Shown here piece by piece: positions 1 through 11,909 of a stretch of DNA of 64,000 nt. The stretch's first letter is position 1. Each line of letters begins with the position of its first letter. The stretch lies in contig OZ024750.1 in assembly GCA_964016885.1 (NCBI GenBank), positions 50,468,001 to 50,532,000 of the forward strand. The letters run 5' to 3'. Under the pieces are notes generated by a model. That model saw nothing but the letters and a program-made list of their open reading frames with translations. It did not search any database and was not told the origin of the DNA. The DNA is from Eledone cirrhosa (lineage: Eukaryota). The position numbers were made by a program, and so were the translations under genes.

Positions 1-820
1 ATCAGCTGTTTGCTCTCTTCAAGAGAACTTTACGACCGGGGCCTATGGACAACTTTCAGAAATCCCTGGCCTGGCAGTGCTACCGGGGAGCGTTGCCGGT
101 TCAGGATAAGCTCTACAGGTACGGAGGTGTTGTCAGCCGAGACTGTCCGAGATGCGCGCTGGGCGAGGAAACCGTCCTGGACGCCCTCATTCAGTGCCCG
201 AGGATTGCTGACTTGTGGAGCTATTCTCGAACAGCTGCTTTCGCGTGTAGGACGGATCCGGTTATCGACTGAGTCCATTGTGCAGATAGCTCCGCTATCC
301 TCCTTTAAAGAGGAGGTAGGACAGGCAGTTTTCATCTGCCTGGTGGCCATGGCGAAAGAGATTCTTTGGTGGACAATATTGAAAGGGTTGAAGACGGACA
401 CTTTCCTCTTCGGCCAATCCCTGATTATCTTTTTCCAGTTTCACTTGAAGAGGAAAATCAGGGTGGTGAGGCAAGTTGTCTTCTAGTAAGTTTATTGAAA
501 GGTGGGTGAAAGTTGCGATTCTGGTCCGAGTGAACGGGCCCGCTCTGACTATGCGCCTGTAGATGAGGAGTGGGAAAACTGAGAGGGCGCTTGCGCTGGA
601 GGTTTTCGCCACGAGTGACCCTCGGGGGTTTCCCCCTTTTGGGGGAATTTTTGTTGTTTGATTTTTTTTTTTATTTCATTTTTTTTATTTCAATCTCGAT
701 TTCTATCTTGTTATAACCTGTTTACACGACCAAAACCCATTTTGTATCTTCCTGTACTGTACTGTGCCGTCTCTAATGTTTTTCTTCATGTTAGCTCTTG
801 TGGCCAATAAAGAAACCATT
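1..820 (+). mobile_element. 3' end of a Tx1/L1-clade LINE (zf-RVT domain remnant, 3' UTR, polyA signal)
   Basis: Frame 45-272 gives AWQCYRGALPV...CPRC...ETVLDALIQCP, a C-terminal CCHC zinc-binding motif typical of L1/Tx1. It is frameshifted, AATAAA lies at 806-811, and (CA)n follows. The same motif recurs on the minus strand at 51.9-52.0 kb. Confidence 0.85.
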
Positions 821-1429
821 ATTGCATACACATACACCCACACACACACACACATACACCCACACACACACACATATATATATATATCTCTATATATATA
901 TATATATATTATGTAGGGTGTATGAACATATGTATTCGTATATGGTGAACTGTATCAGAATTTGATTGTAAATTTATTAAAATTATATTCAGGTTTAAAA
1001 CGATAATGGCTGTATTTCATGACGCGTCACACATGCAATGTCATATGTTCCCATATGTTAACATAAAAAAACTCTCTTTTAACCGGAGCGACAACCATTT
1101 GCATTTAAATGAAGGCTAGGAGAAAAATTGCTGGTCGTCGTTGGTAAATAGTATTACAGAAATACGAGTGGAATGAAATGTCGTGTGTCGTATATCAGTG
1201 AAGCAACACAGATAGAGGTTTAATTATATAGATCCCTGTAAGATTTTATTGATTATAAGATATATAGATGGAAAGAATAGAAAGGGAAATACATTATTCC
1301 AAAGAACGATGCAAAAAATAGTTCTGTCATATATATATTATACATATATATGCGTGTGTGTGTGTAAGTATATATATTTATGCATATATATATATATACT
1401 TATATATATATATATTTACACACACACAT

Positions 1430-1478
<49 letters not shown>

Positions 1479-2885
1479 ATATATGTATATATATTTATAT
1501 ATAAATTACTTTATTCTATTTGACATCGCTTACTACTACTTGTATCTTTCCCAAAGCTATTGCTCATATCTGAGAATATAATGACTATTCCAGTAGTGAT
1601 GAGTTTGTTTTTCCTTTTTTCAAAATTATCTAAGATCATAATATTTTCTTATATGGGAAAGGAACATTTTAATTGAAGTATATATTAGAAATCCGTATTT
1701 CATATTAAAAAAAAACATTTTTTGTACATTTTTGTGTATACATCCAAATTTATGTTTCAGAAATTTTTTTTCACTGGGCGGTATATTTGCTAAGTATTAA
1801 ATTCAGTGAAAAAAATTCCTTCTAGCTCCATGAAAAAATATTCTTAACATCCATTTCTCAACTGCAACGAACGTACGTATATTAAATTAAATTTTCTTTC
1901 CTTTCGAATTTTTTTAGTAATAATTCTCAATTCTCATAAGATATTACTTCTAGCAAGGTAACGTGTTTTATTTTTATTTATTTCATGTTAGATTTAAACT
2001 ACATTTATCTATTCAATAACAATATTAGCAGCAATGAAGTGGAAAAGAAATACATAACATCAAATGCTAAATATTTCATTTTCTAATTACCTCGAATGCA
2101 AAGGATATATATTCGATGCATGTATAGAAACCCTCAAAAAATTGCAGGTTTTGTTGTGTAAGTAGAAGACGTCTTGCTTTACGCGTTCACTCTGCCTTAT
2201 TAGGTCTTATATTAATTATTTACATATGAGATAGAAATAGGAATTTCAGAAAGCTTTGCATGTGTCTATACTGATATGTCATTTCTGCTAATAGGAAAAT
2301 AATTTCAGAATGATTTTTTGAAAGCCTATATTTATTTTGATTGCAGCTATATAAATGCTATTTTCTAATACATTTTCCGCTTCAGAAATTAATGATAAAA
2401 CTCTACAGCTTTTATTTTTGCAAAACTGGTTTATTGTTAATAGATGAAATATAAATGAAATAGTAAATAAACTCAGTTGTTCAACATAATTGGCAGCCAT
2501 TTTATCGTTATTCGTATTATTTCATCAGATAGTATTTAGATTAGGCAAGTTATTTATAATTCACCACAGATTGCACAAAATTCTTTTCTTAACAAAATCC
2601 ATCAAATATAAAAAAGCACCATATGGTTCTAAATGTTATACTACTGCACAACACTTTCAGCAAATGTCTTCTAATGCAACCCTTTGCTGACTAATCCGTT
2701 GTCATGGGAATTTCATGAGAAATTGAGCGGAGGACCCTCGGTTTTCCTTATATCTCTTTTCCATACATCGCTTCTCGATTTTTTCTTCCCATGTAGAACT
2801 GACATCCGAAACGCATAGACACTTTTCCAAATATATTAAGCGTTATCTACTATAAAAACATTGTATTTATCAATCAAATTATTTA

Positions 2886-2966
<81 letters not shown>

Positions 2967-3521
2967 ATGTGTGGGGGGGGGGAGTGTGCGCGCGTGTCTG
3001 TGTGTCTGTACGTGTGTGTGTGTGTGCGTGCGTATGTGTGTGTGTGTGTGTTAAACGTATATCTTTATATATACACAGAACTGAGGTGCCCAGAAATGTA
3101 ATGTCTATATAAATTAACAGATTTAAAAAATATATAGTTATATAAACATTCGAAATATATGTATTTTCCTATAAATTGAAGACAAAACGATAAATCTATT
3201 TAATTGACTTTCAGACGAAGGTATGTTTATCATCATATCAACGATAGAGAATACGTACTCAAAAAGCATATGTACTCTTATGGTAGTAGACTAAAATTGA
3301 CATACAATTCTCAATATTATCAGAGCTCGAGTTAGTTGAAGCTACGTGTACATTTCAACAACTGTCTTTTGATATCGCCTTAAGATGACTAATGGCAAAA
3401 ACGGTGTGTTAGATCTAACTTTAGTATCTATCTATTCATCAGACGTGTGAAATCACATCAAAAGATCACACACGTACGCACAAACAGACACACATACCCC
3501 CCCCCCCCACACACACACACG

Positions 3522-3579
<58 letters not shown>

Positions 3580-3654
3580 CAGATAGAGAGAGAGAGAGAG
3601 AAGAGAAGAGAGAGAGACACGAAGCAAGAGTTGTGTGGTTACCTGATGAAGAAT

Positions 3655-3926
3655 ATTTAGAAATAAAAGAAAGGCACAAACAAGGGAGCGTCCCATCAGT
3701 ACGTTGACATGTCGGTGACCTCCAACAGACAACTGAAGAGGGGACTGTCCCTTGCTTGTGCCTTCCTTTTATTTCTCTCTCCCTAGAGCTGCGAAACCGG
3801 TAAAGGAACCAAATAAATATATATATATATTTTTTAAAGATTTCAGTTGCATTTTCGATTTCATCTTTTTTCCTCATGTAGGACATCTCGTTTTTTTTTT
3901 TTTTCATTTAAAAAACAACCTCATTT

Positions 3927-3932
<6 letters not shown>
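3655..3932 (+). mobile_element. PLE-type 3' terminus with HHR 3' half, preceded by an inverted repeat
   Basis: 3788-3930 matches 62364-62520 (CTGC GAAAC CG GTA AAGG ... AATAAA). 3660-3697 is inverted against about 3732-3776. Ends in (TA)n. Confidence 0.6.
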
Positions 3933-3994
<62 letters not shown>

Positions 3995-4566
3995 GGGGGG
4001 GCGTGTGTGTGAGTGTGTGTATAGCAAAGATAAATATATATATATATATATATATATAGAAATCTGAAATGTATGTAGAGAATTATAAATAATGGTAAAT
4101 AATACCCAAGTAGTTTCAGAATCAGCTCAATGTGGTTGCATGTGTATATATTTGTATTTGTATGTGCATATGTGTTTTATGTATGAGTCTGTATGTATAT
4201 ATGTGTATGTGAATGTATGTACGTACGCACGTAAGTATGTATGTCAGGGCATTCTTCTAGGAGAAGGCAACTCAGGAAACTGGGATAACTCCGATATAAA
4301 ACCTGTGGCTCAGTAGTTACCGATCTTTTCTTCTTTTCCGGTAATAGCTACTGTCGCTCAGAGAGTGGGATTGGCTCAGTGCACAGTTTTTCCTCACTTT
4401 AAAACAAATCTCCATTGCACGATAGAATTAATTAATAATTATTAATAATGGTATATCATGCAATGGCCATACTCGATAACGAGGGGGCAGCCATCATGTA
4501 TGTATGTATGTATGCAGATATGTATGTATACGTACATACATATATGTATACAGACGTACAGTAGCA

Positions 4567-4614
<48 letters not shown>

Positions 4615-4766
4615 CAGGTACACATACATATATGCACGTATCAGTTTAGCGGACACTTATTATAACGCCGCTTTGTTCGTTTGTAAACAAACTGAACAGC
4701 CTGAATTTTTATGCGGTACGGTGTTAAGGCAACCACGTCACCTTTTTGTTCAACACTGACACGGGA

Positions 4767-4809
4767 ACGATGTACTAGTTTCAAGCTTGTTAGCTATCAT
4801 CAGCACCGT
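4767..4809 (-). ncRNA. Minimal type I hammerhead ribozyme (antisense copy of 5326-5368)
   Basis: Exact reverse complement of the + copy. Confidence 0.8.
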
Positions 4810-5049
4810 ATACCCATCTGCCAGATAGTTGAACGTTCGAAAGTATATACTTTCCTTATGAAAATTAACGGCTGAGCAGCCTAATTTGCATATCGAGTGA
4901 GCTAAGTCGGTCAGGCATACCGAAAACGATAAGTTGAAATAAAATGAAAACGAAAAAATTCAGGCTGTTCAGTTTGTTTACAAACGAACAAAGCGGCGTT
5001 ATAATAAGCGTCCGCTAAACTGATACGTGCATATATGTATGTGTACCTC

Positions 5050-5089
<40 letters not shown>

Positions 5090-5325
5090 TGCTACTGTAC
5101 GTCTGTATTCATATATGTATGTACGTATACACACATACTTACATTTAAGTAAGTGCCGTACTAAGAGTGAGAAATGAAATTTCGTTTTCATTTTATTTCA
5201 ACTTATCGTTTTCGGTATGCCTGACCGACTTAGCTCACTCGATATGCAAATTAGGCTGCTCAGCCGTTAATTTTCATAAGGAAAGTATATACTTTCGAAC
5301 GTTCAACTATCTGGCAGATGGGTAT

Positions 5326-5368
5326 ACGGTGCTGATGATAGCTAACAAGCTTGAAACTAGTACATCGT
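5326..5368 (+). ncRNA. Minimal type I hammerhead ribozyme
   Basis: ACGGTG-CTGATGA-T-AGCT aaca AGCT-T-GAAAC-TA-GTA-CATCGT. Stem I is 6 bp (one G.U), stem III is the palindrome ACTAGT, and the cleavage triplet is GUA. Confidence 0.85.
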
Positions 5369-5515
5369 TCCTGTGTCAGTGTTGAACAAAAAGGTGACGT
5401 GGTTGCCTTAACACCGTACGGCATAAAAATTCAGTTTTTTTACAAACGAACAAAGCGGCGTTATAATAAGCGTCCGCTAAACTGATACGTGCATATATGT
5501 ATGTGTACCTGTATG

Positions 5516-5596
<81 letters not shown>

Positions 5597-5685
5597 TTAC
5601 ATTTAAGTAAGTGCCGTAGTGAGAGTGAGAAATGAAATTTCGTTTTCATTTTATTTCAACTTATGTATATATCTATATCTCTATA

Positions 5686-5775
<90 letters not shown>

Positions 5776-5778
<3 letters not shown>

Positions 5779-6186
5779 TTGTGAGGTTTTATATATGAAA
5801 TCGTGTGTCGAAACAAATATTGTTATACTTGGGGAGGGTCATATTTGTGTAATATTGCCAGAATTAATAACAGAACACACTCACTGTTTGGTTGGTTTTC
5901 GCTTTTTGCTTCTGTGTCTTTTATATCGGTAATCTAATTTATTCAGTCCTAAATATTGCCATTGACTGACTAACGGTAAAAAATAATACAGATACAATAT
6001 AGACACAAACACTTATATATAGTTTATATTTTTGACCGTTGGTCAGCCAATGGCAACATTGAGGACCGAATAAATTAGATTACCGATATAAAAGACACGG
6101 AAGCGAAAAGCGAAAACCAACCAAACAGTGAGTGAGTTCTGTTATTAATTCTGGCAATATACACAAATATGACCCCCCCTAAGTAT

Positions 6187-6194
<8 letters not shown>
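5776..6194. mobile_element. Fold-back PLE-type terminus between (TA)n tracts
   Basis: Arms about 5818-5982 and 6025-6194 are inverted. An HHR 3' half (GAAACA aatat TGTT ATAC) lies at 5811-5829. A related tail starts at 50371. Confidence 0.7.
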
Positions 6195-6254
<60 letters not shown>

Positions 6255-6257
<3 letters not shown>

Positions 6258-7758
6258 CTAGATTTAACACCTTTCTAGTGGGTCCGGGTATGATTTTACA
6301 TTCATTTAAATTATTGATGTATTGTTTTATTGATATTTTTTATCTGTTTGTCCCGAATCTTCTATTATCGATTTTTTATCGTATGGTTGATTGTAGACTT
6401 GTTCTATGTGTGACGGTATTTTAACGATAGTTATAGCTCTGATTCAATTGAATTATTGAGCCCTCTGCCGCTCATTTCGAATATTGTTTATCGTGAACTC
6501 GTGCGCCGATATTTCGATACTCGATCTTTCTAATATTTTTAGCTCTGGACATAGCTATCCACCAGTTAATTTTGTTGCTCATTTTTTGTCGATTCTATTG
6601 AGTGATGAATAGCTTTTGTTTTATTTTAACATGTCTATTGAGCACTCTTATTCGATATGTGTATTTCCACATTTCCTCGAATAGTTTTCTCGGATGTAGA
6701 GGTTATCTCCCTTGTCGAATGCCATGTGCGTTTTTCACTGGTGGTTAGCCCCTTATCCGCTAGGAAAAAAGCTCGTTGATGAAGTAAACTCCATTCCTCT
6801 TGCTCTAGTAGGCTTTTATATTTATATGTGAGCTGATAGAGTACAGTCTAAGGATTTACAGAAACCCAAGAAGCTAGATTTAACACCTTTCTAGTGGGTC
6901 CGGGTATGATTTTACATTCATTTAAATTATTGATGTATTGTTTTATTGATATTTTTTATCTGTTTGTCCCGAATCTTCTATTATCGATTTTTTATCGTAT
7001 GGTTGATTGTAGACTTGTTCTATGTGTGACGGTATTTTAACGATAGTTATAGCTCTGATTCAATTGAATTATTGAGCCCTCTGCCGCTCATTTCGAATAT
7101 TGTTTATCGTGAACTCGTGCGCCGATTTTTCGATACTCGATCTTTCTAATATTTTTAGCTCTGGACATAGCTATCCACCAGTTAATTTTGTTGCTCATTT
7201 TTTGTCGATTCTATTGAGTGATGAATAGCTTTTGTTTTATTTTAACATGTCTATTGAGCACTCTTATTCGATATGTGTATTTCCACATTTCCTCGAATAG
7301 TTTTCGCGGATGTAGAGGTTATCTCCCTTGTCGAATGCCATGTGCGTTTTTCACTGGTGGTTAGCCCCTTATCCGCTAGGAAAAAAGCTCGTTGTTGAAG
7401 TAAACTCCATTCCTCTTGCTCTAGTAGGCTTTTATATTTATATGTGAGCTGATAGAGTACAGTCTAAGGATTTACAGAAACCCAAGAAGCTAGATTTAAC
7501 ACCTTTCTAGTGGGTCCGGGTATGATTTTACATTCATTTAAATTATTGATGTATTGTTTTATTGATATTTTTTATCTGTTTGTCCCGAATCTTCTATTAT
7601 CGATTTTTTATCGTATGGTTGATTGTAGACTTGTTCTATGTGTGACGGTATTTTAACGATAGTTATAGCTCTGATTCAATTGAATTATTGAGCCCTCTGC
7701 CGCTCATTTCGAATATTGTTTATCGTGAACTCGTGCGCCGATTTTTCGATACTCGATC

Positions 7759-7766
<8 letters not shown>
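6255..7766. repeat. 616-bp tandem repeat, about 2.45 near-identical copies, probably PLE ORF-derived
   Basis: AAGCTAGATTTAAC at 6255, 6871 and 7487. The minus strand gives frameshifted INNLNECKIIPGPTRKVLNL..LGF and FLADKGLTT, similar to the PLE pre-RT region. Bounded by (TA)n on both sides. Confidence 0.85.
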
Positions 7767-7854
<88 letters not shown>

Positions 7855-8135
7855 TAAATCATGTCCTTAGAATTATTAGATAAAATATATGCCATTTCCT
7901 CTCCCAATTAGCATAATTATCCATATAAAAAATCAATTAGACCAAGCTATAAGAATAAAGGCTCCTATGAAGAAATTTCCGATAAACAACCGAAAGCGGC
8001 CTCTTCGCGGTGGCCCCAATAGTGTATTTATCCAACATTTCATCAGCATGTAGAAACTGACTAAATATACCGTCAACCATACACAATCAGGTGTAAATTC
8101 AAACTTAGAAGAAATGTGTACATACCGTAATTATA

Positions 8136-8212
8136 TCTCTACCATGGTTTCATCCGTATTTTTAGACATCCAATTAACAGGATATGTCCAGAGTATCGGA
8201 TTCATCAGGAGA
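8136..8212 (-). ncRNA. Type I hammerhead ribozyme with extended stem II
   Basis: Minus strand: TCTC-CTGATGA-ATCCG...(internal TGGACAT/ATGTCTA hairpin)...CGGAT-GAAAC-CATG-GTA-GAGA. Stem III is the palindrome ACCATGGT. Confidence 0.85.
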
Positions 8213-8430
8213 AAAACTCAAAATTAGACATTTAGTTTTCCAAAGTGATCGCGCCAAAAATAGATTCAAAAATGTCTAAGAATTGTGACGTGGCAGTGGT
8301 CAAGTTAGAAAGAATGTGATTAGTTGCTTACGGTCGGTAGGCTTGTTGCTAGAAAGCGCAGCCTAATATGGCCCAATTGTATCTCAACCTAACGGGAGAT
8401 TATTAAATATAAAGGTTTACATGTAAACCG

Positions 8431-8541
<111 letters not shown>

Positions 8542-8694
8542 TTATATATCTATCTATCTATCTATATATATATATATATATATAATCGGTGGTGTTGATG
8601 AGGGTGGTATTATTAGCAATGGTGGTGATAGTCAGTAGTATTACTGGTGAGTTGCTATATAATATAGTATCCTAAGTAAGCATGAAATAACAGA

Positions 8695-8845
8695 CGACCC
8701 CCACTGTTATCGTCCCCATCTCTCTCGCCCTCCCAACATCTCCCTATGGTGAGCAAATCGGGTCCCACGTACTGCCCTCCCCACAGCCCCGGCGCACAGA
8801 ATGGAGAAGGCGTTTCCCCGGAGGATTGTAAGGGAGATGCGTGTG
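8695..8845 (-). mobile_element. Short 3' fragment of a CRE-like element
   Basis: Similar to 12230-12300; the minus strand reads RISLTILRGNAFSIL, the end of the restriction-like endonuclease (RLE). Confidence 0.65.
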
Positions 8846-9092
8846 GTTATATATTATTGATCTGGACAAACGTTAGTGTCTTTTGGGGAGAAAAGGTTGG
8901 AAAAGCAGACGTAAACAGAAAGCAAATCAAATCAAAGATATAGATGGACAAATTTGCTTTTAAATCATTTTAAATTCTTTTCTTTACACACTTCCGTGAC
9001 ATTAATATATATATATACGGCTCAGAAATATCTCTTTCTTAGAGCTATTTTGTTGCAAGAGACTATTTTGAGTTCCTAACACAATATATACC

Positions 9093-9186
<94 letters not shown>

Positions 9187-9205
9187 TATATATAAATATA
9201 TATAA

Positions 9206-9362
<157 letters not shown>

Positions 9363-9713
9363 TGGAAATGTTAAAGTCATTTAAAATTCTTTACACGTAT
9401 TTATACTCACACACACGCACACCCATATATATATATATATCTGTATGAAAAAATATATTTATATGCTTGACTCCATAAGTATCAATGCGCATCTTATCTG
9501 CGCATTTTAAGCTTACAGAGATATTAACCTTGAAATTTTGTGTTTGCATCCATCTTTTTAGTATGCGTATACAAGTTATACATACATTTTTGTAAAATAT
9601 GTGTAAGGGTTTTACATGTATATACACACACCGAACTGCTTTTAACCCTTTGTGTTTTCATTGGTCAATTTTGAACTGAAATTTTGAATTGTTGTTATTA
9701 TCAATAAATATAC

Positions 9714-9868
9714 TTCATTATTTCTGAAGACGGCGTATATATGTGTTAGGTATGTATATTTAATCTTGATAATTTGTATAATTTTGTATAATTTTGTACA
9801 TAGATCTGTTGAATATGCATACCAATTATAACACATATATACCCTAGAAACGATCGTTAAATAATGAA
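9714..9868 (+). ncRNA. Type I hammerhead ribozyme with ~116-nt stem II
   Basis: TTCATTATTT-CTGAAGA-[GTATATATGTGTTA/TAACACATATATAC and GGTATGTATATTTAA/TTGAATATGCATACC helices]-GAAAC-GATC-GTT-AAATAATGAA. Stem I is 10 bp, stem III is the palindrome ACGATCGT, and the triplet is GUU. Confidence 0.85.
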
Positions 9869-9913
9869 CTTTTTTTGTTTAATATAAGGAATTGTTTATT
9901 CATTATTTGTTTA

Positions 9914-9993
<80 letters not shown>

Positions 9994-10003
9994 TGTATAT
10001 ATA

Positions 10004-10690
10004 TTGGTGTGTCAGGGAGTGGCATGTACCTCTAAGAGGGAGGGGGGGAGCCATGCACTTTTCAGGACAGCCCGTCCTGCATTGGGTCCCACCAGAACTC
10101 ACCTCTCACATGTGGCCCCAAGCTGTAGCATGCGACAGCGGCCATACCCCGGTAAACTGCTTTGGCTGGCGGGCCGAACCAGGTTGAGGGTAGCCGGACG
10201 GGTCAGAAACCCAGCCCGGTGAGTTAGATAGGGGATGCCTACCCCTGCATGCGAAGATTGGACGCGGCTGAGTGAGTGGAGGATGTCAGCATCGTCTCAA
10301 CGGTCACGAAGACGGGGACAGCAAGCGATGTGCAACGCTAGGGCATGACAAGACACTACAGACGTCGTGACCATCCATTGCAGCCAAGGAAGTTCCTGGT
10401 CGTGACGGTCCTCCGTACCACCGGATTCTGGCTTCTGTGGCCGAGTGAGTGGGACCGTCACTGTGCACTGGCCCTCCCACTATACACCTTTCCCGCACAT
10501 GTTTCTTCTTTAGCGTGCACTTCCAAAGCCCTGCGTCGACGGGCGAGATACGGGGGTAACAGGTGGAGGTAACCTCTGGGCGGCCTGGATGCTAAAGTCG
10601 TTATCCTCTGACCCCGAGATGACAGAGAAGGTCAGGCGTTCCACCGGGCGACTGGCATCAGCAGTTGTCCCAAATGCTACAGCAATAAAA
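10004..10690 (+). mobile_element. GC-rich segment resembling the 5' UTR of an RTE-clade LINE
   Basis: Abrupt GC-rich island after (TA)n with no credible ORF. Motifs such as GGCCATACCCCGG and AACCAGGTTGAGGGTAGCC resemble RTE 5' regions (from memory, unverified). Confidence 0.35.
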
Positions 10691-10885
10691 GGAGCTTAGA
10701 GATTTGGTGGCATCTATGACCATGACTATATATAGCAACAACAACAATAGTAACGGCAACAAACATTATCACCACCCATCACCCACCCCGGTCATCGTAG
10801 TAGTGCTGGTATCATTGATATTAGTATCAAGCCAATGGCAGTGGGTACCCATTACCCGAGAGCCAGAGAGTGGTAACACCAACAA

Positions 10886-11065
10886 TAATAATTGTTTCAA
10901 CTTTTTGGCACAGGCCAGCAATAACCAGTGTATTACTGGTACTTTATTTTATCAACCCCGTAAGGATGATAGGCTAAATTAACCTCGGGGGATTTTGAAC
11001 TCAGAATGGCAAGGGCCGTAACTCTATGCGTCAAAGCATGGCGTCCGACCCTCTACCGATACTAC
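10886..11065 (-). mobile_element. tRNA-derived SINE, family A
   Basis: Reverse complement of the family consensus TTGGCAGTATCGGTAGAGGGTCGGACGCC...GAGTTCAAATCCCGCCGAGGTTAACTTTGCCTTTCATCCTTACGGGGTCGATAAAATAAAGTACCAG...GAAACAATTATT. Confidence 0.85.
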
Positions 11066-11389
11066 CCCCTAATAATAATAACAACACCAGTGATGATCCG
11101 AACACAATGACGGCAGCAACAAAAATAGGCCTCGCTCCCATCCAAAGACACAAGGCCAGTAGTAAATACATTGCAGAAAAAAAAAAAAACTCACCACAAA
11201 AGTAGTTGAAACAGGGAAGCGAAAAAGGGGACAAAATACAGATGGATATATATATATATATATATAAATTCATGCACAGTTAATACAGTCCTTCTATCAC
11301 TCTAAGGCTAGCAATAATTACAGTGCAGAAATAACAAGTAGCATTCAGATGTAACTACAATGGCATCAATACGGAACAGGAGAGAGAGA

Positions 11390-11468
<79 letters not shown>

Positions 11469-11842
11469 AGCATGGAAACAGCACTGAAGTATATTTAAAG
11501 AATCCTTTTTTCTTCAAAGTGTCATTTTGAAAAAAAGGTGAAAATATTTTTCTTTTCAAAGGTTTTTTTCAAAGGTTTTATAAAATATACAAAATATTTT
11601 TTTTTTTCAAAGATTTTCAAAGGTTTTATATATTTTTTTTTTTTTCAAAGGTTTTATAAAATATATAAAATATATAAAATATTAGGGTTTCAAGGTAATT
11701 CATCTTATCAGATATTAAATATTAAAATTTAAATTTAAAAATAAAAAAACTAAAGTTTGAAGCATGTCTGCCATATTTCGTGTTGTGGATGACTGCGTCA
11801 CTTGAGAGAGATACTTTATACTGTATATATATATATACATAT

Positions 11843-11907
<65 letters not shown>

Positions 11908-11909
11908 TA

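Larger units (their letters stand above)
4500..5665. mobile_element. Inverted plus tandem cluster of a ~0.45-0.5 kb HHR-bearing unit (PLE pLTR or retrozyme-like)
   Basis: 4610-4955 is the reverse complement of most of 5180-5520. 4955-5055 and 5595-5665 are partial direct copies, and 4500-4570 is the reverse complement of 5085-5140. A further fragment lies at 62607-62712. Confidence 0.8.

Noticed and set aside
1560-2860. Possible host exons in non-repetitive AT-rich DNA (also 17900-19100, 39240-39720, 45000-45900, 49060-49215)
   Set aside because: Isolated splice-like sites, but no recognisable protein similarity or consistent frame; needs RNA-seq.
3643-3805. Single giant hammerhead from CTGATGA (3643) or CTGAAGA (3733) to GAAAC (3792)
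   Set aside because: No stem I can form with AAGG; more likely a chimera of two termini.
7967-8050. SECIS or hammerhead in an imperfect hairpin
   Set aside because: ATGA/AAA/GA spacing lacks a pairing helix II, and hammerhead stems I and III are absent.
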